Origin: Guillardia theta CCMP2712
Taxonomy: Eukaryota > Protista > Cryptophyta
DNA length: 64,000 bases
Direction: 5' to 3'
Assembly: GCF_000315625.1 (NCBI RefSeq)
Contig: NW_005434622.1
Location: forward strand, 216,430 to 280,429
Below are positions 1-11,066 of this stretch, one piece after another (the first letter of the stretch is position 1; every line of letters begins with the position of its first letter). Both the position numbers and the translations under genes were made by a program. A model generated the notes under the pieces. It did not search any database. It was not told the DNA's origin and saw nothing but the letters and a program-made list of their open reading frames with translations.

Positions 1-380
1 GCACTCCAGAAAGGTTCATCATCCCGATAGGAATGTCGTCCTCCACAGTAACCCCACACCTCTCTTTCAGAGCAGCGAGGATGTAATGTCGTTCCAGAGG
101 CATGTGGAAAACTTGTAACGGGCGGCACTATAGCAGCACTTGTGCCTGTATCGCAGCTTCCCCCTGGATGGCCAGTTCTTATCGAGAGTTTCCAGCTTCG
201 CGAGAAGATCTCTTCCCTCTCCCGCTTGCTTGCAACGTGCCTTCTTCCTCCCTCGAACCTGTCTTCCCCGCCCTCCACACTTTGCCCCTTGCAACCGTTG
301 AGAGCACCACCTCCTTCCTCCTTCAACTCCCCACTCGCTGATCCTCCTTCCCTGCAACTTTGCCCACTGCCAGTTCACAA
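1..380 (-). CDS. Possible 5' part of a spliced gene running off the left edge (hypothetical protein)
   Basis: A minus-strand frame reads ...MPLERHYILAALKERCGVTVEDDIPIGMMNLSGV to the window edge. An upstream exon-like segment reads GRDLLAKLETLDKNWPSRG. No family recognised. Confidence 0.3.
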
Positions 381-1339
381 GCGAATCTGCACTACTGGCC
401 CGTTAGTACCAGATCTCTCTTTTTTTACTTTTTTTTGTCCTTTTTTCGACTTTTTTCCTCCTTCTGCCCTTCCTCGCTGGCGGCAGCTCGTGGGCTCAAA
501 CGTTGCACTCTGGCGTCGCTTCCCGGTCGCGATGACGGCTGCTTATCCGCGTGATTTTAAATCGAAAATGAGTGTTTTCGATATTTACAATATGATAGAT
601 CGTTTTTCTAGAACCTTCCACTGTAGTACCCATCTTCTCTATGGACCCCCTCTCAACTTCACCTCCTTGACTTCGAATGAACGGGTGATCAAGAGCTTTG
701 AATGTATGGTAGGGGTTACTACCCACCCTATCAATTTTAAACTAGCCTTATCCTTTAAATGCCTTCAGGTCTCAAATGTCCGTGAGATCCACCCTCCATT
801 CTCCACCCCTCATGTTCCCTATGAGTACCCCCTAAATCACCCCTTCTCTTTAGCTACTACCCCCTTTATTAAAGAGTGCAAAATGACCCACTGACGATGC
901 AGTGAACCCGTCTGTTGACCGATAACCACCCCCTCCAGTTCCCTTTGAATTACGCACCCGTTGCCTCTCTATGCCCCCATGCCAGTCATCAACTAATCCC
1001 ACTACCCCTACCCCGTTATATCCACAAAATCTCTGGTACCCGTGGTACTATGCGACTTCTCGGCTTCTTGCTCCGGCGGCCTTACAGGTTTCTGACCGCA
1101 TCCTTATTACTCTGACCCCACCCTACTTTTGTCCTCTAAAGGACCCCTACTTCCCTCCAAGGCTATTCATCGCCCCTTCGAGATAACGGTCATAACGTCA
1201 GGACGCCAAAGAGCTTTCAAACCGATTTGAATTCGAATTCGAATTTTGTTCTCCATTTTCAAATGCTAAAAAATCACTAATCAGCAGGGGTATATAGGGG
1301 CTGGCGACAACTGTCTCTAACAGCCCAGGGCATCAGCCT

Positions 1340-1412
1340 GCCCGGTTAGCTCAGTCGGCAGAGCGCAAGGCTCTTAACCTTGTGGTCGTGGGTTCGAGCC
1401 CCACATCGGGCG
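1340..1412 (+). tRNA. trnK-CUU: tRNA-Lys (anticodon CTT), intronless
   Basis: GCCCGGT-TA-GCTC AGTCGGCA GAGC-G-CAAGG CTCTTAA CCTTG-TGGTC-GTGGG TTCGAGC CCCAC-ATCGGGC-G folds into a full cloverleaf. A box and B box (GGTTCGAGCC) are present. Confidence 0.97.
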
Positions 1413-1418
1413 ATACTC

Positions 1419-1423
1419 TTTTT
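1419..1423 (+). terminator. RNA Pol III oligo-dT terminator of tRNA-Lys
   Basis: TTTTT run 6 nt after the discriminator base. Confidence 0.75.
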
Positions 1424-1683
1424 GATTCTGGACATCGTGTGTATACCCCTTCCTGAAGCTGTCAATTTCGGACATGGAAGGGGTGGGGGTCATCACCCCC
1501 CACCATTTTAGAAGCAAAATCAAATGTTACCGGTGTTTTTCATTTTGCTTTTCTGGATTAGGGGTGGTGGGGGTCATGACCCCCTGCTGTATTATGATAA
1601 TGCTTCTCAACCCCCCTATTGTGGACAGAGCGGTTTGCGGCAATCATGGCGAGGAGAGAGGAAAGAGGGAGAGGAGGAAGGAA

Positions 1684-1765
1684 GCAGAGCGGGAAGAGGG
1701 AGGCAGAGCGGGAAGAGAGGCAGAGCGGGAAGAGGGAGGCAGAGCGGGAAGAGGGAGGCAGACAG
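1684..1765 (+). repeat. Minisatellite, about 4 copies of a 17-19 nt unit GCAGAGCGGGAAGAG(GG)AG
   Basis: Direct tandem copies visible in the sequence. Confidence 0.85.
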
Positions 1766-2244
1766 AGAAAGACAGAGGGAGGCAAGCCTTAGCGGACACT
1801 GTATTGATGATGAGGATACTGGAGAAGGACAGAGAGACCTAGCAATTGTAGAGGAACGAGGCGGCGGGCTGGCGGGCGGGCGGGAGGCAGGGAAATACAT
1901 ATTGCTGCTGGCTGCTGCTGGCTTCTGCTGGCTGCTGCTGGCTGCTGCTGCTGCTTACATGTCTCCCACTTTCATGAAGTCAATCATCCCTGAGACTCGA
2001 AAAAATGCACTTGCGGGATCCAATATGTGAGCTCGATGGAGCACTGAGAAGAAAGTGCTGTAAACTTGCCCTCCCTCCGTTCCTCTGCCCAGCGTGTGCT
2101 CCTCCGTTTCCCCTTCCAGCTCCTTCGCTTCACAGACTTCACCTGACTTCACGGGACAGGTCATCATGATCTGAAGGATTTATCACTCGCTACGATCGGC
2201 CTTCCGTCTTGTGGCAACATCATTCTGTACAGAAAGCTTTTGAT

Positions 2245-3369
2245 ATGGGGGCCGCAAGCTCGATTGAAAACTCAGAGGTAAGATGCTTGCTCCACCTCCA
2301 TCTCCATCTCCATCTCCTTCTCCATCTCCTTCTCCTTCTCCTGCTGCTACTTTTGCTCTTGCTCCTACTTCTGCTGCTGCTGCTGCTGCTGCTTCGGCCC
2401 TTGCTCAAGTTTCTTACACCAGGAAGGCATCCTGGTCGAGTCATTCCGCTGTCATGAATGCGATTACAAGTGGAATCAAAAGGTAACCCCACACCCTTTC
2501 CACCTCCCCACCAGTGCAAACAAGCTCAGTCAGTCCTCCATTGCCCTCCTTCTCTTCTCTTCCTCTCCCTATCGAAGTCGCTCAGTCCTCGACGACGCTG
2601 TGTGTACAACTCCCTGATGGGCGGTGCTGGCAGGCAGACCTCGATCACGAGTGCCCGTCATGGTTGGCATGCTTGTTCTCTATCCTCCCCTATCCCTCTC
2701 ACCCTTGCATTACTCGCAGTGGAGGAGACTTTGTAGAGCGGATCAGCGTCGGACTGATGCAGAATCGTCCAAGGCATCTTCGAGTCAACGAGGAGGCTAT
2801 AGAGCAGGCAGTGGCTGCTGCTGTGGCTGCAGGGGAAGGAGAGGATAGACTAACAGTGCAAGAGCTGATGTTGAACATAGCACAGGTTGCTCCATGCGCA
2901 GGACAGCCACGTGTCGCCTAACAGTTGTCCTCGGCAGTTCGGGTTGAGCGCCGACGACGGAACGAGGAGCGAAATTCAGTCGGAAGACCCCGAGCTGAGG
3001 GAGGCAATCGAGCGATCAATCGCCGAGACTGAAGGAAACCTTCGACTTCCTCCTCCTGCCTCCCAGTGAGAGCTTTGTCCTCCCCTTTGCCTCAGAACTC
3101 TGACAGGAATGGTAGGAAAGCCATGGCTACCTTAAAGACCAAGAAGTATGCGGGTGAGACGTTCCATCGGCAGGAGGCGACATGCGCAGTCTGCAGGTGG
3201 ACGTGAGCTGTCGGGTGATGGAGGGTCTGACGCTGAGGGGCTAGCGAGGACTACAAGTATGGGGAAGAGCTTCTTTTCATGCCGTGTGAGCACGTGTTCC
3301 ACAAGGTGACGCCTGCTGAGGGAAGGAGGATAATTAGGAGGAGGAGAATGGAGGGGTGACAGTAGTAGA

Positions 3370-3421
<52 letters not shown>

Positions 3422-4580
3422 ACAGGAAGAGTTTGTATCATCCTGACTATCTTATGTCTCGCTCGTTCCAGGCTTGTTTGCTCCCCTGGCTCAAATCGAC
3501 CAACTCCTGCCCGGTCTGCCGCATGACGCTCGAGGTCCGTGAACGCCTTGCGGAGGAGGATGCTGAGAGCTGATTGATCCAGACGGACGATGAGAAGTAT
3601 GAGGAGACGCGAGTGAGGATGAGCAAGACGGGAAATAAGTGAGTCCCGTTTTCTCCCCCCTCCCTCCCTCCCTCCCTCCCTCCCTCCCTCCCTCCCTCCT
3701 CAAAAATCCCTTCCTTCATACTTTCTCCCTTCTCTTCATTCCTTCCCATCCAGTTGTCCTTGACTCGTCAACGAGCCTCCTTTCTCTCCCCATTCCAATC
3801 TCCATTCCTCTTCTCATCGCTTCCTGTCTGCTCAGGTTACAAAAGACTCAGCCTCCACCACATGGTTGGCTCTACTTCACCATTCCTCCTTGGGCTCATT
3901 TCTGGCAGGCAACCCTCCTCCCGATGCCCCCCCTGGTGCACCGCAGGCGGTCGAGCCCCCTGCTCCTCCCCCGAGCGGCTTTTCCCGTGCAAGCAGCTCC
4001 CGCGATACAGCAGTGAGGAGGATACCGAGCACGCCAGCCCCTCGCCACGTTCCCTCAGTCTCTCCTGCTCCTGCTCCTCCTCTCAGCGTCTCTCCTTCTA
4101 CCACAGCTGCCGCTGCCGCTGCTTCTGCTTCCCCGAGCAGGCAGTCAACGATCGAGCGGCTCATGGCTCGGGAGGTTCCGCGACTTGTCTCTTCGCCTGC
4201 TCCCCGGCTGTCAGGACGCAATGAGACGCAGAGCTTTTCGAGCTCGAGAGTTGTGGCTCAGAGAAGAGCGGGGGGACGCTTGCAAGGTGAGAGGAAGGAG
4301 GGAGGGACTGCGGCAGATTGGAATGGAGAGCAGGAAAGGAATAGGAGAGGCAAGGGAGAGAAACGGATGGGGAGAAGGACGAGGAAGAGGAAGGAAAAGG
4401 GGAGGAAGGAGTTGAGGAGGGGAGGGAAGGGGGAAGGGGAGGGAAGAAGAGGGAGGGAAGAAGAGGGAGGAGAAGGGAGGAGCAACTGAGGGATATGCAG
4501 GAGAGCACGAGGCAATGAAAAGAAGTTTCAGCCGAGGAAGCTCGTCGGGAAGCAACGGGAGGATGGAGAAACAGCGATAA
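2245..4580 (+). CDS. RNF126/RNF115-like E3 ubiquitin ligase (N-terminal zinc ribbon + RING-H2, Pro/Ser-rich tail); multi-exon
   Basis: Spliced exons give MGAASSIENSE | ..FRCHECDYKWNQK | ADLDHECPS | CGGDFVERI (zinc ribbon); EAIERSIAETEGNLRLPPPAS; and CAVC.EDYKYGEELLFMPCEHVFHK | ACLLPWLKSTNSCPVCR (C3H2C3 RING-H2). The last exon ...SNGRMEKQR* ends near 4580. Confidence 0.85.
3371..3420 (+). repeat. (GCAGGA)n microsatellite in an intron of the RING gene
   Basis: Perfect hexamer run. Confidence 0.9.
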
Positions 4581-4705
4581 TCGTGACCGCAGTTCATTCG
4601 CAGCCTAAAAATGTACAGGGCATTGTAGGATAATGAAACAGGTGGAAGAGGACAGGGAAAGGGAGGAGGAAGAGGGGAGGAGGAGGAGGAGACGGATTCC
4701 CCTCC

Positions 4706-6667
4706 TCAGGTGCACAGAGCGTTACGCCATGACACATAGCGAGAGTGACCGGAGTCGGTCTTGAGCTCGGCATATTCCCGGAGGATGAGTTGGAGCTCGC
4801 ACACGTACCACTTGGCAGACAAGAAGCGGAGGTTGAGCAGGACGTCTCTGTAGCCAGCAGTCGCGCTGGCGTCGTACCTGCGGTCAAGTCGGTTCTTGAC
4901 GCGCACTAGCTCGACGTCCTCGTCCTCGAAGATGACGCGGAGGCAGGACGTCAGGTCTGCGACCGAGTCGAAGATGATGGACTGGCGGACGATGTCGAGG
5001 ATCTTCGAGACATCGCTCGAGTAGATGCGCACGATCTTCTCAATCGCTCGCTCCCTCTTCTTCAGCGACGCCCACTTCACGCACGTCACCTCCCGCCCGT
5101 CCGTCGACATCAGCCGGAGGTACTTGGGACACTCGCTGCACACGATGCAGGGAAGGAGGCCCGCCCCCTTCGAGGCCCACAGCAGCGTCTTCTCCCGGAG
5201 GAGGGGGTCGACGACACTTGATCCAGCGTACAGGCGGTCCAGACAAGTCTCGGGCATGAGGCGGCAGATATGGGAGGGAGGCTGATACTGAACTGCGTCC
5301 CTGGTACAGCCGTTCTGGACATGCCGCACCAACCTGTCGAGATCGAGCAGCGCTTGCTTTTGCGTGGCCATGATCTGACTCCACAGCTCCCTGTACCTGT
5401 CCTTGTCGTCTCTCACGAGCTGCTTCGCAGTTGCGACGATGATGCTCCTGCTGATGAAGACAGAGATCGCAATGCTCAGGCAGGGGATGCTGATCACGAA
5501 GTACCACACGGAGGAAGAGTATGGCCCATCGTACGGGGAGTGGAGCAGCACAAGGGCCGAGGCCATCGAGAAGGTCCCGATGGTGATGAAGAAGGACTGC
5601 ACGTGCTCCTTGCTGAGGCCCGCGAGGAAGAGAAAGGCGAGGCTGTACTGCAGGGCAGATGACAAGGCATGCCAGTGCGTCCAACTTCCTTTCTCGCACA
5701 TCTGAGTTTCACCTCCACACGTCCACACCCACACGGCGATGGCTGCGTCAGACAGCGCACACCACATGACGACAAAGCTCAACAGGCTCCTCCCGCACCT
5801 CTCTAGGCCGATCGCCCCGCTCAGCCCCGTCAGTCCGGTGAAGACAGCGACCATGAGGTTGGTGACGAGCTGCATCTTCTGCGGGAAGTGCGGCCTCCTG
5901 CTCTGCATCTCGAGCTTGCCCCGCTCCTCCGTCGTCGGGTAGCGGCCATGGAAGAAGGTGCTTGTTGAAGAGATGGTGAGGTAGCTGGAGGACCCAACGA
6001 GCGTCCACGACTGCGAGTCTGCGTCGAAAGCCTCGAAGGTGAAACGGACGGGGTCGAAGCTCAGGTCCTCCATGGAGGTGTTGAAGAACCAGCCATTCCA
6101 AGGAACGGGGGAAGGAAGAGAGATCTCGATGGAGGAGCCATGGCGCTCCAATGAGCGCAGCGGCAGCGGCACCACTCGGTCCTTGAGGAGGAGTCCTACG
6201 GAGTGCACGTTGCTGGACAGGGGGCACATCTCGTTCCTGAGCTCAAGGGCAGTGAAGCGAAACCTCGAGCTCAGCCTCACTGCATCGCTCTGGAGGAAGA
6301 CCAAGTCGTTTTGGAAGTAGTAAGTCAAGATGGAGGACATGAAGGCAAAGAAAATCCTAAAGGGCAGCCTGGTGAGCGCAGCCGTCATCGGCTGTGAGGA
6401 GTAGAAGAGCGAGGAGTAGCTCGCTGACTCTGTCGCTCGCTTCAGCTCCAGTCCAGAGATCAGGTCGCCTTTCTTGATGGAGCAGCTTCGCTGAAAGATC
6501 CAAGAGTCCCTGCAGTCGCAGTCGACATTGAAGCCGTCGTCGGAGAATGCCGAGTCGGAATTAGAGGAGGCTGACGATTCGGTATGGACCAGTTGCTCAC
6601 AGTGCCAGCAATGCTGCTCACGCACAACCATATCGCGGTGATCGCTCTTATCCCTTTCCTGACACAT
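4706..6667 (-). CDS. Intronless multi-pass membrane protein with a discoidin/F5/8C-like ectodomain and a C-terminal RelA/SpoT (RSH synthetase-like) nucleotidyltransferase domain
   Basis: 653-aa uninterrupted ORF (ATG at 6667) with six hydrophobic segments. The loop SPVPWNGWFFNT..DPVRFTFEAFD...W..VG resembles F5/8 type C folds. The C-terminus has LKKRERAIEK..Y..D...ILDIVR.SIIFD...RVKNRL...GYRDVLLN...CELQL...H..Y, matching the Syn1-Syn4 order of RelA/SpoT synthetases. Confidence 0.85.
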   Translation of the reverse strand: MCQERDKSDHRDMVVREQHCWHCEQLVHTESSASSNSDSAFSDDGFNVDCDCRDSWIFQRSCSIKKGDLISGLELKRATESASYSSLFYSSQPMTAALTRLPFRIFFAFMSSILTYYFQNDLVFLQSDAVRLSSRFRFTALELRNEMCPLSSNVHSVGLLLKDRVVPLPLRSLERHGSSIEISLPSPVPWNGWFFNTSMEDLSFDPVRFTFEAFDADSQSWTLVGSSSYLTISSTSTFFHGRYPTTEERGKLEMQSRRPHFPQKMQLVTNLMVAVFTGLTGLSGAIGLERCGRSLLSFVVMWCALSDAAIAVWVWTCGGETQMCEKGSWTHWHALSSALQYSLAFLFLAGLSKEHVQSFFITIGTFSMASALVLLHSPYDGPYSSSVWYFVISIPCLSIAISVFISRSIIVATAKQLVRDDKDRYRELWSQIMATQKQALLDLDRLVRHVQNGCTRDAVQYQPPSHICRLMPETCLDRLYAGSSVVDPLLREKTLLWASKGAGLLPCIVCSECPKYLRLMSTDGREVTCVKWASLKKRERAIEKIVRIYSSDVSKILDIVRQSIIFDSVADLTSCLRVIFEDEDVELVRVKNRLDRRYDASATAGYRDVLLNLRFLSAKWYVCELQLILREYAELKTDSGHSRYVSWRNALCT

Positions 6668-8177
6668 CAAGAGAATTCTTTTGTTTGTCTCATGTAAGGA
6701 ACATTCGTGGAGGTTCTATTTGTTCGCCTGCAATGTACACATCAGCCCTATACCCGCTGCACTCCAGGGAACCCCAACACATCACAAAATGAAATTGGGT
6801 GAAAGTGAGTGAGAAAAATGATTCTTGATACAGTGCCACACCAACTACCTACGTTTCAGTCCCACCACCCACATCCTTAACAGAGAAATGTCTGACTGAA
6901 CCCTTATCTTTCAAAGGATTTCTCTCTCCAAAGTTTCCTTATATATAAAAAGATAGAAAAACATCAAAAAACACCAACACATGGAGGAACAAATTCACAG
7001 CATCGAGAAAATCCCACATCCTTCAAAACTCCCACACACCTCCACAAAACCTCTGGCATTCTCTCTGTAATGAGTTCAGGACTAAATCTCCTTCTCAAGA
7101 ATGAACTTCGCATGCTTCCTTCATCCTTCTTCCTTCTTCTTCGTTTCTCACCACAATCCCCTCCCTTCACTCCCTTCATTGTCCTCGCCCTTCTCCCCCG
7201 CTCCTCCTCCTTCCCCACATTCTTCTTGCATGCAATAATAGCTGGCATGGTCTCTGACCCCCATGTGTTTGCATCCCGTTTGAGCTGTTTCCTATGACCA
7301 ACGCCGTATCCGATTGGTACCAATACTATGGGATTCCTAGGACTCCAGTACCCCCTCTTCCGACGAATTGTAGGACGACTTTGTCCAGAACCCCTGGGTC
7401 CCTGGCAGTCAATTTGAAGGTGGGTAGTCACCAAGAAACTTCTGTACCACCGGTACTTTTCAAGTATATTACCCCGGTTTTGGACCTCGGGTTGTTGTGC
7501 AGTGCTAAATTTGGGTGGGGGGTGGGGGGTCATGGGTGGATAGTGTCTATCTGACGATTTTTCAAAATATTGTTGTTAGACTTCCGAAAAAGAACCTTTT
7601 CGAGATCATACAGAACACTCCGTTTTGTTTCGTTAGTGAACTCATGCGATATTGAAGCGTTTCAAAATAGACCGGGGTACCTAGTCTTGTCTTCAATACA
7701 CCCCCATTTAGATCATGAAAGTACCCCCTCCGAAGTCCATGCTTTGTGCAAAGAATTGCGAAAAACTCAAAATTGTGATATATGGGTGGGGTGGTTCAGA
7801 ATTCGCCAAGTCACTGGAAAAAATTGTCTGGTTGTCTGCATATTTCTAAAGTTATTCTTTAATTTGAACACCATAGTAACTATTTGATGGTATGATTTCA
7901 AAGGTGCCACCACTGCGGCCTCCACGGCCTCGCAACAGCTGTTTACTCCATCAGCAGTCCATGGTCTTCAAAAGTACCCCTACTTTTCACACAATCAGAG
8001 GGGGTACTCATGAGTACCACGAAGGTTTTTTAGAGCAAGGGGTGGAACAGTACCGTAGTACCGGTATGAAACAGGTATACTGGACGGGTGCATCGCAGGG
8101 GGCGCAAAAAAGATAAGACGGTTCGATGCGGACAGGGTCTTGTAGTTGACTCGGTCACAGCCGAGCATGAAATCTAG

Positions 8178-8215
8178 TGTCCTCGTACTGATTTTTAACT
8201 TAACTTTGAGTAAAG
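8178..8215 (+). repeat. 38-bp dispersed element, copy 1 (TGTCCTCGTACTGATTTTTAACTTAACTTTGAGTAAAG)
   Basis: Identical to 54432-54469, same orientation. Confidence 0.9.
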
Positions 8216-10244
8216 AAAGTGACTTCATGAAACTTGCCGGGGGCGAACTTTCGAACTCGGAACCGCGCGTACGGGCGGTAACGGTTTGCCTTCCGTGCTA
8301 CAGGTGACCGTCAGGCGTACAGTCTTTAACAGTGAAACAGTACCCAGTAGTGATTCAATGGCCGTTTTCCGGATGGAATTGCATAGCATAAATACCGATA
8401 GAAATGAAACAGATATGGAAGTCTGTGCTCATTACTGTGCACACCATCACTCGGTACAAAGTTGCATTTCGTTCAATCAATGTCAAATGCGTACGCTGTA
8501 GATGCATAGTCATAGGGAGAGGTCCTTCATACCAATTTGCAGACCCTCTGACGAGATTGGATTCTTCATGTCCCAGCCGAAAGAATTAGCCTGTCGTGCT
8601 CGTACCAACCAACCTGCATGTATGTATTTTCCATGTTGTCATGGTTTCTTCTTCATAATCGATGCTACTCTTTGATGATCTTTCTTCTCAAGTTTCTTTT
8701 AAAAATTTCTTTCTTCTGAATTCAATCAGGTGTTTTCACTTCTCATGGCGATGATTGGAGCACGCTTCCTGTTGTAAACGGTGTTTCTACAAACTCCAGA
8801 GGACCCCTGTTCTCAAGGTTCGAGTTCTCGTACGATGTCAGAACGCAGTCAAGCATCATCTTTCGCTCATCACAATCATTGCAGAAGGAATGTCGCTCAA
8901 TCTTGTTTAATCGTCGCTGCTATCCCGCCCCATCTGCATGTTTTGGAATTTTCGTACAAGCGCACCAGACATTTTTGTCGGGCTTAGTACCCTACCCTCT
9001 CTCACCCCTCAATTCTCCTTTGGTTTGGTGGGTGTCTTGTAGAGTACAATTCTTTGCAAGGGGGTGGGTACCTCTATGGTTAGAGACCGGGTAGTTGACC
9101 AGTGGAGGGGTAAAGGGTATCGACTACCCACCCTTTGACGCGCTCAAAGATGGGACAAACTGTACCTTTGACCTGTTGCGGGGGGTAGGGGAAAAAAGGA
9201 AGACAGTCAAAAGGTAGGGTAGGTGAGTTTAGTACCCATGATTTTCCTTGAAATTGTGGGGTGATTGAGTACTACCGGTACTACGAGAGGTGCAGCGGTA
9301 GGTGGGTGGTGTGATCACAGACTCATCATCATTGGGCGGTGCAAACTGCAGGGGGGTCACGTGGGTGTGTCACTAGCACCATTTTGGTGGGGGTGGTACC
9401 GAAAAGGGTGGGGTGGTGATAATTTTTTGAGTCTGGGGTCATTTCCGAAGTACCGGTATAATTTTGAACCAGAAGCGAAGGCAGGGGTGGGGTGAGCAGC
9501 AAGAGAATCGTGATCATGAGAGGAGTATGTTTATAGTTATTTCACCAAGTGATTTACATATAGTATGAGACATACGTTCAGATTGCATACAAAGGAAACC
9601 AAATCAATGAAAGGGAGGGGTACAGGTTGACGCAGGTGTGGAATGAGATCGAAGGGTGGGGTAGGACTTTTACGATTGGCCAAGGGGGGGTGGGGCTATC
9701 ATAGCGAACGATCACAGCAAACGTGAGAGGAAACAAAGGAGGAGGTAGAGGAAGAGGAAGAGGAAGAGGAAAGAAGAGGAAGAGGAAAGAAGAGAAAGAG
9801 AAGCAGGAAGAGGAACAGAGGGAAGGACAAAGCACGCAGGAGCGAGGACAAGAAGAATAACCAGGACAAAGGAGTCGTCCAGATCAGTATAAGTGAGTAG
9901 TTGGATCTGAAGAACAAAGAACAGTTGCATTTGCATTTGCCTGTGAGGTAGGAACAATAGGAAAAACGAGGGGAATCAGGTCGACAATTCTTTGAGCTTA
10001 AACGAAACGGGTAGAAAGCAATCGTGCATCTCTCCCAGAGGTGGAAAGCTTGCGAGACAGCATAGCAGATACGCTCGTCGGAACTTCGTCAAGGCCCTTC
10101 GTCTGAGATCTGGAGGGTCCATGCGATCTGGAGTAACACGGAGTTGTTCTTCTCCGTAGCATCAAGAGGATCGTTGCAGGTGAAAGAGACCGGAGAAGTC
10201 ACTGTTGTGAGGGGCTGATGCTCTGACGATCAATCAAGCTGAAG

Positions 10245-10952
10245 ATGAGCCGCCAAGATTTTGGTGCGAACAATGAACAGCCTACATTGGCAGACGCTGC
10301 TTCGAGGGGGATGCAGGAACTCAGGATATCGTCGGAGGCATCGGGGGATTCGGTCTCGGTGAAAGCTTCTCCGCCACCGCATGCCGCTACCATTCGCGGC
10401 AGTGCGATGACGAGAAAGTTAGAAAGACTGCGCAATGCCGAGCAACAGCTCCCCGGGGAGGGGGTCAAGAGCTGGCCGCTCTTGCAGCAGCACACGGAGA
10501 CAAAGAGCTGTGGACATGGAACGTGTGCGCTGGTCGGGTATTGCCTACGGCAGACTCCGAAGAAAACTTTTGCAGCTCAAACTGAAACGAAAGTGAAAGC
10601 AGTGGAGGCCCAGGACCTGCCAGGAGCTGCGTCGCTGACCTATCCCATTCGGAATGTCCACCATGTGGACCCGCACGTTCTGAAAGCTGCAAGAGAATGC
10701 ACGGAGGCCACGCAGAGGAGCCCCCATGCTAACCCCGCTCGCAGGATCGAGTCGATCAGCATCAAGGACCTGGTAATTGACAGAACTCCGAGTGAGGCTC
10801 GGAGGTTTTACCTTCGTCGTCGTTATTTTGGGAAGCTGGACAAGAAGACGCTGACGAAACGAGTTCACTCGGAAGGAGGGATGCTGATGGAATGCATAGA
10901 GGCAGCGAGGAAGAGGATGAAACGCGACGAGGCTGGGCAGGCCAACCCCTGA
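10245..10952 (+). CDS. Hypothetical protein, 'CGHGTC' family member A (235 aa, intronless CDS)
   Basis: Clean ORF. Shares CGHGTCAxVGxCxR, I.xxDL...RFYL..xYF and a C-terminal helix with 55185-55793. Confidence 0.75.
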   Translation: MSRQDFGANNEQPTLADAASRGMQELRISSEASGDSVSVKASPPPHAATIRGSAMTRKLERLRNAEQQLPGEGVKSWPLLQQHTETKSCGHGTCALVGYCLRQTPKKTFAAQTETKVKAVEAQDLPGAASLTYPIRNVHHVDPHVLKAARECTEATQRSPHANPARRIESISIKDLVIDRTPSEARRFYLRRRYFGKLDKKTLTKRVHSEGGMLMECIEAARKRMKRDEAGQANP

Positions 10953-11066
10953 GGAGCAGGTGTTGTTGGATAACAAGTTGTTAGGTGTAGTGCAACTTGC
11001 ATAAATGTGTCTTGACTTATGGTAACAAAGAAGAAGAGTTTGAAGAACACAAGTGCGAGCTCCTGG

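Noticed and set aside
142-1186. 250-aa and smaller plus-strand ORFs
   Set aside because: They run through the ACCCC-rich intergenic tract and have no protein-like features.
5025-6397. Overlapping and antisense ORFs within the RSH, LysM, Sec16 and TPC genes
   Set aside because: Typical shadow ORFs of high-GC3 coding sequence.
8400-8960. Possible small minus-strand gene or pseudogene
   Set aside because: Only short frames interrupted by stops; no consistent splice model or homology.
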